A DNA stretch of 64,000 nt, taken from a virus. The stretch spans positions 12,088 to 76,087 of the IMG/VR virus record IMGVR_UViG_3300031957_002648. The stretch is one strand, 5' to 3'. The notes under the pieces were generated by a model. The model saw only the letters and a list, made by a program, of their open reading frames with translations. It was not told where the DNA came from and did no database searches. The first letter of the stretch is position 1, and the number at the start of each line of letters is the position of its first letter. Of this stretch, positions 27,692 to 38,300 are shown piece by piece. The translations under genes and the position numbers were made by a program.

Positions 27692-28747
27692 TTAGAGTGC
27701 GTTGCCTCTCGGGAGAACTTCCTCTGGAAATACAAACTGCTCGTGTGGCTGATCTACTGGTGCCATCCATGCACGGAGCCCTTCGTTGAGCAAGATGTTC
27801 TTCGTGTAGAAGGTCTCAAATTCAGGATCTTCTGCTGCTCTAATTTCTTGAGAGACGAAATCGTAGGCACGAAGATTAAGAGCCAAGCCAATAATGCCAA
27901 TGGAAGAAGTCCAGAGACCCATAACAGGAACAAAAAGCATAAAGAAATGCAACCAACGCTTATTGGAGAAGGCGATTCCAAAAATCTGGGACCAGAAACG
28001 ATTGGCAGTAACCATCGAATAGGTCTCTTCTTCTTGAGTAGGCTCGAATGCCTTGAAAGTATTTGATTGTTCACCGTCTTCATAAAGTGTGTTTTCTACA
28101 GTAGCACCGTGAATAGCACAGAGCAGTGCTCCACCCAGTATACCAGCAACTCCCATCATGTGGAAGGGGTTGAGCGTCCAGTTGTGGAACCCTTGTAGGA
28201 ACAACAGGAACCTGAAGATTGCTGCCACACCGAAGGAGGGAGCAAAGAACCAGGACGATTGTCCCAGAGGATAGATAAGAAAGACGCTGACAAAGACAGC
28301 GATGGGACCCGAAAAAGCAATCGCATTATAAGGACGGATTCCAACTAATCGAGCAATCTCAAACTGCCTGAGCATGAAACCTATGAGAGCAAAGGCTCCG
28401 TGGAGCGCCACAAAATTCCAGAGTCCGCCAAGTTGGAGCCAGCGGACGAAATCTCCCTGAGACTCAGGACCCCAAAGTAGAAGAAGAGAATGACCCATAG
28501 CGTCAGCAGGAGTTGACACAGCTGCCGTGAGGAAATTAGCGCCCTCAAGATAACTAGACGCCAATCCGTGGGTATACCAGCTTGTAACAAACGTCGTGCC
28601 AGTAAGCCAGCCACCAATTGCCAGATAAGCAGTGGGAAAAAGTAATAGTCCAGACCAGCCCACAAATACAAAGCGGTCTCGTTTAAGCCAGTCATCGAGG
28701 ACATCGAACCACCCCCTTTGCGGTATATTTAGTGTACTTGTTGTCAT
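27692..28747 (-). CDS. psbD: Photosystem II D2 protein
   Basis: [21 protein letters not shown]...[10 protein letters not shown]. Confidence 0.99.
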   Translation of the reverse strand: MTTSTLNIPQRGWFDVLDDWLKRDRFVFVGWSGLLLFPTAYLAIGGWLTGTTFVTSWYTHGLASSYLEGANFLTAAVSTPADAMGHSLLLLWGPESQGDFVRWLQLGGLWNFVALHGAFALIGFMLRQFEIARLVGIRPYNAIAFSGPIAVFVSVFLIYPLGQSSWFFAPSFGVAAIFRFLLFLQGFHNWTLNPFHMMGVAGILGGALLCAIHGATVENTLYEDGEQSNTFKAFEPTQEEETYSMVTANRFWSQIFGIAFSNKRWLHFFMLFVPVMGLWTSSIGIIGLALNLRAYDFVSQEIRAAEDPEFETFYTKNILLNEGLRAWMAPVDQPHEQFVFPEEVLPRGNAL

Positions 28748-28893
28748 TTTTTGTCTTCCAAAGTTTTGTTTGTAATGATGATCCTCTGACCATCGTGAGT
28801 AAATTGCAATTCGTCATCAGGATGCCACAGTAACTCTTCATACATATCATCGAGTTTCTGGATGTCCTTCCATAGTGCATCTGGATCAGGCAT
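28744..28893 (-). CDS. Hypothetical protein (49 aa)
   Basis: [35 protein letters not shown]...; ATGA overlap with the psbD start. Confidence 0.7.
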   Translation of the reverse strand: MPDPDALWKDIQKLDDMYEELLWHPDDELQFTHDGQRIIITNKTLEDKK

Positions 28894-29206
28894 GATGACC
28901 TCTAAGCTCAGGGTTTGGTTGTGACTTAGTTAGGTCCCTACGGGATTGGTTTTTAATAATAATGAAAGCATCTTTATTATACTTACGAGTGCCAATCGGT
29001 GACTGCCACTTCTTATTGTACTCTTCGCCAACATCAATACCAGATACAGATGTACCACCAATCTCTACATCAATCTCGTCAGTTGATTCCCAACCTAGAG
29101 TCTTGATTGTTGCTTGTACTGTGTCCATGATACCGCCTTCTTTCCAGGCAAAGTATTGTGGATCATCTTCCATAACGTGTTCTTCAGGATCGAGTTTACC
29201 AATCAT
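28886..29206 (-). CDS. Conserved hypothetical protein between psbA and psbD
   Basis: IGGTSVSGI...NKKWQSPIGTRKYNKDAFIIIKN. Confidence 0.75.
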   Translation of the reverse strand: MIGKLDPEEHVMEDDPQYFAWKEGGIMDTVQATIKTLGWESTDEIDVEIGGTSVSGIDVGEEYNKKWQSPIGTRKYNKDAFIIIKNQSRRDLTKSQPNPELRGHHA

Positions 29207-29253
29207 AATAATACCACACAAAGTAAAGGAAGTGCAATAGATGAAATACCTAT

Positions 29254-29282
29254 AAAAAACCCCGCCACATGAGTGACGGGGT
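29254..29282 (-). terminator. psbA terminator
   Basis: ACCCCGTCAC-TCAT-GTGGCGGGG followed by T6. Confidence 0.8.
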
Positions 29283-29302
29283 GAAAACTACCGTCAGGCA
29301 TA

Positions 29303-30382
29303 TCAGCCGATAGTAGGTGCAGTTAGAGCAACAGGAGTGGACTCAACAGCAGCAAGGTCGAGAGGGAAGTTGTGAGCATTACGCTCATGCATGACTTCCA
29401 TACCAAGACCAGCACGGTTGAGGACATCAGCCCAAGTGTTGAGGACTTTACCCTGACCGTCCATAATGGACTGGTTGAAGTTGAAACCGTTCAGGTTGAA
29501 GGCCATGGTGCTAACACCAAGTGCAGTGAACCAGATACCAACGACAGGCCATGCTGCGAGGAAGAAGTGCAGTGAACGGGAGTTGTTGAAGGATGCGTAT
29601 TGGAAGATTAGGCGACCGAAGTAACCGTGAGCGGCTACAATGTTGTAGGTCTCTTCTTCTTGTCCGAACTTATATCCGTAGTTCTGGGATTCGTTCTCAG
29701 TCGTCTCTCGAACGAGAGAAGACGTAACCAGACTTCCGTGCATAGCACTAAACAGAGAGCCACCAAATACCCCAGCAACACCGAGCATATGGAAGGGATG
29801 CATGAGAATATTGTGTTCAGCCTGGAAGACGAGCATGTAGTTGAACGTTCCAGAGATTCCCAAAGGCATTGCGTCAGAGAAGGAACCTTGACCGAAAGGA
29901 TAAACAAGGAAGACCGCAGAAGCAGCAGCAACAGGAGCGGAGTAAGCAACACAGATCCAAGGACGCATCCCCAGACGATAAGAGAGTTCCCATTCGCGAC
30001 CCATGTAAGCATAGATACCGATAAGGAAGTGGAAGACAACTAGTTGGAAAGGACCACCGTTGTAGAGCCATTCGTCAAGCGAAGCGGCTTCCCAGATGGG
30101 ATAGAAATGAAGTCCAATAGCATTGGACGAAGGGACAACAGCACCAGAGATGATGTTGTTACCGTACATCAGAGAACCAGCGACGGGTTCACGGATGCCG
30201 TCGATGTCCACTGGGGGAGCACCGATGAAGGCGATGATGAAACAGGTTGTAGCAGCAAGTAGGCAAGGAATCATCAGGACTCCGAACCAGCCTACATAGA
30301 GGCGATTGTTGGTTGAAGTTACCCAGTTGCAGAACTGTTCCCAAGTATTCGATTGTTGTTGACGTGAAAGAGTAGCAGACAT
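29303..30382 (-). CDS. psbA: Photosystem II D1 protein (no intron)
   Basis: [21 protein letters not shown]...[13 protein letters not shown]; start at MSATL. Confidence 0.99.
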   Translation of the reverse strand: MSATLSRQQQSNTWEQFCNWVTSTNNRLYVGWFGVLMIPCLLAATTCFIIAFIGAPPVDIDGIREPVAGSLMYGNNIISGAVVPSSNAIGLHFYPIWEAASLDEWLYNGGPFQLVVFHFLIGIYAYMGREWELSYRLGMRPWICVAYSAPVAAASAVFLVYPFGQGSFSDAMPLGISGTFNYMLVFQAEHNILMHPFHMLGVAGVFGGSLFSAMHGSLVTSSLVRETTENESQNYGYKFGQEEETYNIVAAHGYFGRLIFQYASFNNSRSLHFFLAAWPVVGIWFTALGVSTMAFNLNGFNFNQSIMDGQGKVLNTWADVLNRAGLGMEVMHERNAHNFPLDLAAVESTPVALTAPTIG

Positions 30383-30397
30383 TAGTTTGAACAAAAA

Positions 30398-30503
30398 AGT
30401 AAGACCATCAGGGAAATGGTGGAGTTACTATTTCCTGTCACCCTTAGACAGGATATGAGAGACGTGCTTTATACACCCTATAGGTCTCGGTTTACGGGGT
30501 GTT
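30398..30503 (-). ncRNA. PhotoRC-II-like psbA leader RNA
   Basis: ACACCCC/GGGTGT stem with loop GAGAC complementary to downstream GTCTC; TCCTGTC/GACAGGA stem; AGTAA..ACCAT/ATGGT..TTACT stem just before psbA. Confidence 0.75.
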
Positions 30504-30544
30504 ACAATGGATTAAAAACCGTTACGTTTCTTAACCCGTTGACC

Positions 30545-30578
30545 TATTTAGTATAGTACGGTTTTCTACCCTCGTCAA
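30545..30578 (-). promoter_or_regulatory. Dual psbA promoter (sigma70 and late)
   Basis: TTGACG-N17-TATACT running directly into TAAATA. Confidence 0.85.
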
Positions 30579-30583
30579 GGCCC

Positions 30584-31126
30584 CTAGACCCAAACTACGT
30601 TTGATTCTGATAGGAAACCAGGAGGTGTGTCGTATTGCAACTGTACATCGACCTCATCAATGTTAAATCCACGTCTTCGCGCTGGGTTTCCACCAGAGCC
30701 GCCGGTCTGTTCAAGAAAGACTTCTAACTCCGATCCATTTTGAAGTGCTAAGATACTTGCATCAAAGTTAAATGTAATATCATTAAAAGCTGTTCCTGCT
30801 GGTAAGGTAGTAATTGTAGAACTTGCCCGAACTGTTTTATTTCCTAAACCATCATCCTCTTGTATTCCAATTGAATAAGTAGGATTATTTGGAGCTAAGT
30901 CTGTTCTTTGAAATCTAACTCTAGCTGTTTGTAGTCCTACTCCAGTCCGAAGATCTCCAGGTGGTGTAGGAAACGAAACTGCGAGTCTGATATCACCAGA
31001 TCCAGACCAATTAACTGTGGCTCCATCTGGAGTATCAACACCACTATCAATATCAGTTACTACACCCGTTAAATTTGTGAGTTCAGTAATAGCATCTGGA
31101 ACTAAAGTAATAAAAGCAAGTGCCAT
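30584..31126 (-). CDS. Beta-rich hypothetical protein, probably fibre-tip associated
   Basis: Last gene of the fibre operon; jelly-roll-like strand pattern. Confidence 0.65.
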   Translation of the reverse strand: MALAFITLVPDAITELTNLTGVVTDIDSGVDTPDGATVNWSGSGDIRLAVSFPTPPGDLRTGVGLQTARVRFQRTDLAPNNPTYSIGIQEDDGLGNKTVRASSTITTLPAGTAFNDITFNFDASILALQNGSELEVFLEQTGGSGGNPARRRGFNIDEVDVQLQYDTPPGFLSESNVVWV

Positions 31127-31128
31127 AA

Positions 31129-32424
31129 TTAACGATGAACTAAACGAAGAGCTACGGTTACTAGTGAAACCCCAGATGCAGAATCAACTTCAAACTCTAG
31201 AATGTCTCTTGCACTCAAGGTTGTTGTCCATGTTGTGAGTGTAAGGTCTTCTGCTTTTTGCGCCGCAGAAAGAGTTGGAAGTTCTGTTCCTGCAATAGAG
31301 GCTGTTGTTGGGAAGTTAGTAAACGTAGCTCTATTTACATCAACAACAATACTACCACTTGCATTTGCAATCACAGTCCATCCAGTGACGGTATAATCAG
31401 CATCAATTACAACGTGTCCTTTGATTCCTGTCGTAATGTCAGCACCATCACCATCAATAATAAAGTTTAAAGTTTTTGTGTTCGATACGAATGACGCTGC
31501 ACCCGTTCCATCAAACTGAAGAACTTCGTTAGCAGCTCCGACTGTCGCTGGAAGTGTTATTGTGTAGTCTGCGGAAGGATTATCAAACTTAATTGCACCA
31601 TAGTTTGTGCCAGTGGCATTATAAAAACGAAGAGACGTATTGTTTAAGATATCAATAAAGGTTGCATCAAGATTAATCTCAGTCGATGCAGTATTGGAAA
31701 TTGTATTTCCATCAAGTCTAAGACTATCAACATCTAATAGTCCAGTGGTGATAATACCAGTAGAATTAATTTGTTCCACAGAAAGGGTATTACTTACCTG
31801 ATCATATGCAAATGCTGCCTCACCTGTGAAGGTTCCTCCAACATTATATTGAACCTCTCCATTACCTGCACCGCCAGGGTTTTGTGTGGTTCCTGAAGGA
31901 GGAATACCCCATGCAGTATCAGCCTCTGTAGCAGAAACTGGTGGTTGTAAGATAAGAGCATCACCTGCATTACCAATGCTGGATGGTAGATTAATCTTAA
32001 TGTTTTGAGCTAAATTAGTAGATGCTCCAAGAGCAACATACTCCCCACCATTACCATCTTCAAATCTAATCTCATTGCCATCAGAGATGTAAAGATGAGT
32101 GCCATCTGTCGTGGCAGCCATACCAGCAAGAGTTGCTCCACCATCATTATATTGTATCTGTGTATCAGAACCACCTGGAGCTGCCGATACAGTCGTGAAT
32201 GTAGTAACACCACTTGCTTCAATTGAAAGCACTTGGCCCACTGTTCCAAGTTCCTCTGGGAGAGTTAATGTATATCCTGTCCCTATTCTAATATCATCTG
32301 GTGCTTTTAAATTGATAGATTTATTACCAGAACCATCGTCAAGTTGAACCGTTCCACCAGCACCGGCAACACCACCAACAACTTCAGGATACTTTAATAT
32401 CTGACCTCTACTTAATTCAGCCAT
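31129..32424 (-). CDS. Tail-fibre-like protein (431 aa)
   Basis: YTLTLP...G..GQVL and PGGSDTQIQYNDGG fibre repeats. Confidence 0.75.
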   Translation of the reverse strand: MAELSRGQILKYPEVVGGVAGAGGTVQLDDGSGNKSINLKAPDDIRIGTGYTLTLPEELGTVGQVLSIEASGVTTFTTVSAAPGGSDTQIQYNDGGATLAGMAATTDGTHLYISDGNEIRFEDGNGGEYVALGASTNLAQNIKINLPSSIGNAGDALILQPPVSATEADTAWGIPPSGTTQNPGGAGNGEVQYNVGGTFTGEAAFAYDQVSNTLSVEQINSTGIITTGLLDVDSLRLDGNTISNTASTEINLDATFIDILNNTSLRFYNATGTNYGAIKFDNPSADYTITLPATVGAANEVLQFDGTGAASFVSNTKTLNFIIDGDGADITTGIKGHVVIDADYTVTGWTVIANASGSIVVDVNRATFTNFPTTASIAGTELPTLSAAQKAEDLTLTTWTTTLSARDILEFEVDSASGVSLVTVALRLVHR

Positions 32425-35342
32425 TACGCTTGTGCCTCCGTCCAGGATAGAATAATGTCAATGTCTGCTGTCTGACCACTATTATTCCTAATGACCAGAG
32501 CTAGAGTCTCTGGACCATCAGGATAAACATAATTTCCTCCAAGAATAGAATTCTGAAGTTCTTTCACTTCTTGATTAACTTTAAAGTCAACTGTTCCTGA
32601 AGAGTTTAAGAATCTAAACAGAACTTGACCATCTGTAGGAAGAGTTGTAGTAGTGTTCTCATACTGTGCAAATGATGGTTGAGATGCAACAAGACCACCG
32701 GCAATAGTAACCTCATTGCAATTTAACCAAGTAATGTCTGCTAAATTCCTTGGATTTAATATTGCAGCAATTTCTAAATTCCTTCCTTGTGGGTTGCCAA
32801 TCTGAACAGACCGTATCTTAGTGATAGATCTATTGGTAACTTCCCTTTGGCCATATTCTCCAGGAAGACTATCACTCACAGATGGAGCTGGTCTGAATAA
32901 AAGAACTGTCTGAGTTGAGGAAGATGGGAAGTTGGCAATAGTTTTTGAAAGTGTGAACACATATCCGTCGTCCTCGTCAAACGTACCATCCATAATTACG
33001 GATGATCCCCAGTGTGAAATGTTTGGAGAAAACCTACTCATAAGTATAACACCAGTTCCAACTGGATGATCATATGAATTGTTTCCGCTACCATCACCAA
33101 AACGTTCTCCAGCAGAGAAAGATCTATTTTGACCTGCCATCCATGCGGTATATGATGTAGCTGTCGTCACTCCAGTTAGTTGATTTCCAGTTTTACCGGT
33201 GTAACTCATAATTTCATTACGAATAGTACCGCTTTGGTTGCTAGTCAAATAAACATACTCTGGATAAGTTGCTGATGGTGTGGGGAATCTAGATGCATCC
33301 TTAAGATTAAGAACAGATGTTGTCAATCCAGTTGCAACGGTAAGAGGAGACCCATGATCTCCATTAGAAATTTCATATTTAGTTGGAAGATTTCCACTTC
33401 TCATATAAGCTTCAATATTTCTATTGTTATTGGCAATTCTATGTGCAATAATCCAGTCTCCCAAAGGACCACGAATCATATAGTCAACATGTCCGGCACC
33501 ATACCAAGAGTATTGAATACCAACCATCTGCATTAGAATTGTTGACCCATACAAAGGCATTTTGTATCCTGATGGGCCGGTTCCATCCAACTTATCAAAG
33601 TTGAAAAGCCTCTGTGGAATTCTTTCTTCTTTTACTTTTGTTGCTTGAACATTTGATACTGTTACCCCTCTGAATGAAGGAGAGATGTGCAGTTCTGTAT
33701 CACTAGTGATAGATGTCACAAAGTAAGCTCCACCTCTAATCTGAATACAGTCACCAACGGTCAACTGCTCAGTAAATTTTGTTGGGGTTCCTCCTTGAGT
33801 AACTGTGGTGATTCCAGTAGTGACATCAATAGTTCCGGCTAGTTGGTAAGTAGAAGATCTCTTAACAACATTTATCTCTTGACCATCATACTCCCAATAT
33901 ACTCCATTGAGATCATCAAACATTCCAGTCTTAATTGTACTTCCTGTCCAAGTATTGATTCCAACAGTAGTAAAATCGCTAAAAATAGCAGGAGTTGCTG
34001 CTGGTGTCGCAATGGCATCTACAACAAATGTATATGCGTCTTCAATTCTTTTTACTAGATACGTTCCATCATATCCAGATGTTTCAATACCATCAATCTC
34101 AATGCCAATGCCCGTTTGAAGACCATGTTCAATCTGTGTTTTAAATTCAATTTCTCCTAGTCCAGAATCATAATCAGCCTGTCTTAAATCATAAACTGGA
34201 TTAAATAAGACGCCCGTACTATAGTTAATTGCCTTTCCAGACTGATATCTGAAGTAACGCTTAGTCTGTCTCTTTGCAGTTTGTCCTGCTACTGGTAGTC
34301 CAACACCTACCTCTACACCACCATCAAATGGTCTATGCGTAAAGATTGAATCATTTAATGCAAATAATGAAGTTGTCTCTAAACTAATACCACCAGTTGC
34401 ATCAGCTTGAATATCAAAATCAAACTCTGTTCCAGATGTAACTGTACTGATAAAGAACCTACCATCATAAGGTTGAGCCCCAGTGTTGCTATCTACAAAT
34501 ACAATTGGACTGCCCGGAAATAATCCATGTTCTTGTGTAGTAGTAAGTGAAATTGTTCCAGCTGCATTTCCAGTGGCAGTTTGAATTGCAATTGCTGATT
34601 CGGAATATGCAGCACCAACTTTAACTTGTGTATAAGGAGTGTTTATAGTTCCTGCTGCGACAACACCCTTGGCTTTGTAAACAGATGTTGTTCCTGTATC
34701 ATTAAACGGAATAAAAATTCCTTCAGCATCCCTCTCATTATCCAATCCACTAACTTCAATTGCAGTGATAGTAAGTCCAATTCCAGGACTAGCGACTGCA
34801 TAGGTGACGGTAATGTTGGAGAAAGGTGAAGCTCCATCACTGGAAATTGAGGTTATATCTTCCTGAGGACCTTCATAGGTATAGAATGAGGGTTTTCCTC
34901 TATTAACTCCAAGATTCTGCCATTTAGTATCTTGAAGTCCATATTCAAAGTCGGCATCAATCAAAGACTGTGGATTAGATACTTTAATTCTTTCTACCGC
35001 ATCGACTGCAGCATCAAACGGCCTAATTGTTAAACCTCTTAACTCATCCTCATAGTAAACTAACAGACGATCATTGTCTGCCATTCCGGCACCGGCAGTA
35101 TCAAAATCAAATGTAAAAGTACAAGTGCCATCAAGTGAATATGGGAAGTCAGCATCCTGACCTAGAGGCAAATGCTCATGCTGTCTAGTGGCACCTTTTC
35201 CAAGAGTTCCCGTTGCAAAAATAATAGTCTCACGAGTAACATTGATAACTGCGAGAAGAGCTTCAAGTTCAATGTGACCAGGGACTTTTAAAGTCCCTGC
35301 CGAAGCATCAAATACATATCTTTCTTCTTGTCTTTTTGCCAT
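32424..35342 (-). CDS. Virion structural protein (972 aa)
   Basis: KVSNPQSLIDADFEYGLQ, RQTKRYFRYQSGK, YSWYGAG and ISHWGSSVIMDG motifs of cyanophage structural proteins. Confidence 0.8.
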   Translation of the reverse strand: MAKRQEERYVFDASAGTLKVPGHIELEALLAVINVTRETIIFATGTLGKGATRQHEHLPLGQDADFPYSLDGTCTFTFDFDTAGAGMADNDRLLVYYEDELRGLTIRPFDAAVDAVERIKVSNPQSLIDADFEYGLQDTKWQNLGVNRGKPSFYTYEGPQEDITSISSDGASPFSNITVTYAVASPGIGLTITAIEVSGLDNERDAEGIFIPFNDTGTTSVYKAKGVVAAGTINTPYTQVKVGAAYSESAIAIQTATGNAAGTISLTTTQEHGLFPGSPIVFVDSNTGAQPYDGRFFISTVTSGTEFDFDIQADATGGISLETTSLFALNDSIFTHRPFDGGVEVGVGLPVAGQTAKRQTKRYFRYQSGKAINYSTGVLFNPVYDLRQADYDSGLGEIEFKTQIEHGLQTGIGIEIDGIETSGYDGTYLVKRIEDAYTFVVDAIATPAATPAIFSDFTTVGINTWTGSTIKTGMFDDLNGVYWEYDGQEINVVKRSSTYQLAGTIDVTTGITTVTQGGTPTKFTEQLTVGDCIQIRGGAYFVTSITSDTELHISPSFRGVTVSNVQATKVKEERIPQRLFNFDKLDGTGPSGYKMPLYGSTILMQMVGIQYSWYGAGHVDYMIRGPLGDWIIAHRIANNNRNIEAYMRSGNLPTKYEISNGDHGSPLTVATGLTTSVLNLKDASRFPTPSATYPEYVYLTSNQSGTIRNEIMSYTGKTGNQLTGVTTATSYTAWMAGQNRSFSAGERFGDGSGNNSYDHPVGTGVILMSRFSPNISHWGSSVIMDGTFDEDDGYVFTLSKTIANFPSSSTQTVLLFRPAPSVSDSLPGEYGQREVTNRSITKIRSVQIGNPQGRNLEIAAILNPRNLADITWLNCNEVTIAGGLVASQPSFAQYENTTTTLPTDGQVLFRFLNSSGTVDFKVNQEVKELQNSILGGNYVYPDGPETLALVIRNNSGQTADIDIILSWTEAQA

Positions 35343-35351
35343 TGTACTTTT

Positions 35352-38300
35352 TTATCCGAAAATAATAGCGTTAATGATGGATGTCTCTTGGGTAACATAT
35401 GCAACAGATGGTGCAATCGTCAATCCGTAGATGATTCCGAAGAATGCTGCCCCAGCTCTTGGTGCCTCAGCAAAATTCAGTGTAATTGGATCCGTTGTTC
35501 GATCAGTACCACCACTTATATAGTATCCAACTTGTTGGAGAACATCAGGTTGTTGAACGATACCGCCAACGGAGATTAGTAATCTGGCAGAGGTTGTTAT
35601 TTCACTATTTAGGTAGTTAGTGCCATCCGTTGAAAGAGTAAATTGCGTTGTAATACCATTGAATCCACTAGAAATATCATCTGCAAATTTAAACTCAGTA
35701 ACATTTTGAGCAGTGAGAATTCCAACTACATTTAGATTTCCACCAATTCTAGCGTCACCACCTACATCTAGAAGCTCTTGGGGATTGGCACTACCAATAC
35801 CAACAGAAGCAATGCCTGCGTTTCCGGGTAAGAAATTATAGAATGCGGTTAGAATTGTTCCACCGACACCAACATTGAACTGGTCAAATACTGTGGCAGA
35901 AGTTCCAACAAAGTTGGTAACAACACCCGTGACTGCATAGAGTTCTTGAGTATCGACAACGGTAGAGAATAAGTTTGTGGTTCTCAGATCAGTAACTACA
36001 CCAGTGACGGCCTGTAGAGTTTGTAGATCTCCAACACTGTAGTAAGCGTTGGTTCCACTCAGGTCGGTAACAACACCAGCAACAGCTTGAAGTGTTTGTA
36101 GATCTCCAACACTGTAGTAAGCGTTGGTTCCACTCAGGTCGGTGATGACGCCAGCAACACCTTGGAGAGTTTGGAAGTCACCAGTTGTGTAGTATGCATT
36201 AGATCCACTGAGATCCGTTACAACACCAGCCACACCTTGCAGAGTTTGGAAGTCGCCAACACTGTAGTATGCATTAGTACCTGACAGATCAGTAACAACA
36301 CCAGCAACTCCTTGAAGTGTCTGAGCATCTACGACACTATAGAAAGCATTGGTTCCACTTAGATCAGTAACGACACCAGATACAGCTTGGAGTGTTTGTA
36401 GATCTCCAACACTGTAGTATGCATTGGTTCCACTTAGATCAGTAACGACACCTGTAAGTCCCTGAAGCGTCTGAGCGTCAACTACATCATAGAATGCATT
36501 AGTACCGGAGAGATCCGTTACGACACCTACAACTCCCTGAAGTGTTTGAGCATCAACAACATTATAGAATGCGTTAGTACCGGAGAGATCCGTTACAACA
36601 CCAGTGACGGCTTGAAGTGTTTGGAAGTCACCAACACTGTAGTATGCATTAGTACCGGAGAGATCCGTTACGACACCAGCAACACCTTGGAGAGTCTGTG
36701 CATCAACTACGCTGTAGTAAGCGTTAGTACCACTTAGGTCAGTTACGACACCAGCAACTCCTTGAAGTGTCTGAGCATCAACTACATTATAGAATGCGTT
36801 AGTACCGCTAAGATCAGTTACAACACCAGTTACAGCCTGAAGTAGTTGTGCATCCAGAGTATTGACAAACAAAGAATTGTCAATATTCAGATTGGTAATA
36901 ATACCAGAGACTGCATTAAGTGTGGTGATACCTGCATACTGAATATATGCATCAGTTGCAATGAATCCAAAGGTAGTAAGAATACCAGAGATAACTAGAT
37001 CATTAACCTCAAGTTGATTGAGAGTTGTAATTCCAGTGACCTCAAGGTTTCCACCAACAGCTCCATCACCATCAATGACAAGGGATGGTGTCTCAACTGG
37101 TCCTTCAAATGTAGATGGACCAGTGACGAATAGATTATTAGTAGTTACTACACCTGTTGCTTCTAAAGTCTCACCAACAAATCTAAGTGCAGTAACAATT
37201 CCAGTAAAGTCTCCGTTACCATCGCTGCTGATTGTAACAGCAATACCAATGGTAGGATCTCCTACATTCAATCCAACTCTTGCAGTAACAAGGCCAATCG
37301 AGTCTACATTTCTGACATCTTCATAAGTGAGAACTCCACCAACTGCCAAGTCACCTGTGACAGTTAGATCCTGAGTAATTGTTGCGAATCCATTGACCTG
37401 AAGGCCTCCTTGAACTGTTACATCAGTAGAAGTTAATGTCGTTACTACACCAGAAACTCCTTGTAGAGTCTGAGCATCAACAACATTATAGAATGCATTA
37501 GTACCAGACAGATCCGTAATTACTCCAACAACTCCTTGTAGAGTCTGGAAGTCACCAACACTATAGAAAGCATTTGTTCCACTCAGATCTGTAATTACAC
37601 CAGACACACCCTGAAGTAGTTGTGCATCCAGAGTATTAACGAAGAGTGTATTATCAATGTTTAGATCAGTTATAACACCAGAGACTGCATTAAGTGTCTG
37701 AACATCTACAGTGTTGTAGAAAGCATTAGTACCAGACAGGTCAGTAACAACACCGGTAACTGCATATAACTCCTGTGTATCAACTACATTAGAGAATATA
37801 TTGGTGGTGTTTAAATCGGTAATTGTTGCAGCGGTGCCAGTGAAGTTTGTAATTACACCACTAACTGCATATAGCTCCTGAGTATCAACAACTGTGGAGA
37901 ATATATTGGTGGTGTTTAGATCGGTAATTGTTGATGCAGTGCTAGTAAAGTTTGTGATTACACCAGACACACCCTGAAGTAGTTGTGCATCCAGAGTATT
38001 AACGAAAAGTGTATTATCAATATTCAGGTTAGTAATAATACCAGAGACTGCATTTAAAGTCTGGAAGTCACCAATGTTATAGAATGCATTGGTTCCATTT
38101 AGATCTGTGATAGTACCGGTGCCAGCATTGATGTTTCCATTGAATGCGTTGGCAGTAACAACACCAAGAACATTTACATCACCTTCAATAAGAACTTGTC
38201 CGGTGAGAGTGGTGAGTCCTACAACATCTAGAGCCGTGACGGAAGCAATACCACCGATAACACTAGTGGCAACTCCAGATAATTCAGAGAAGTCTGCTGA

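Noticed and set aside
27692-30382. Group I intron or homing endonuclease at psbA/psbD
   Set aside because: Both genes are uninterrupted and the intervening ORFs lack nuclease motifs
35955-36854. Regular repeats as a CRISPR array or DGR template/variable pair
   Set aside because: In-frame 75-bp coding units with no unique spacers; differences are not confined to adenines and no reverse transcriptase is present in the window
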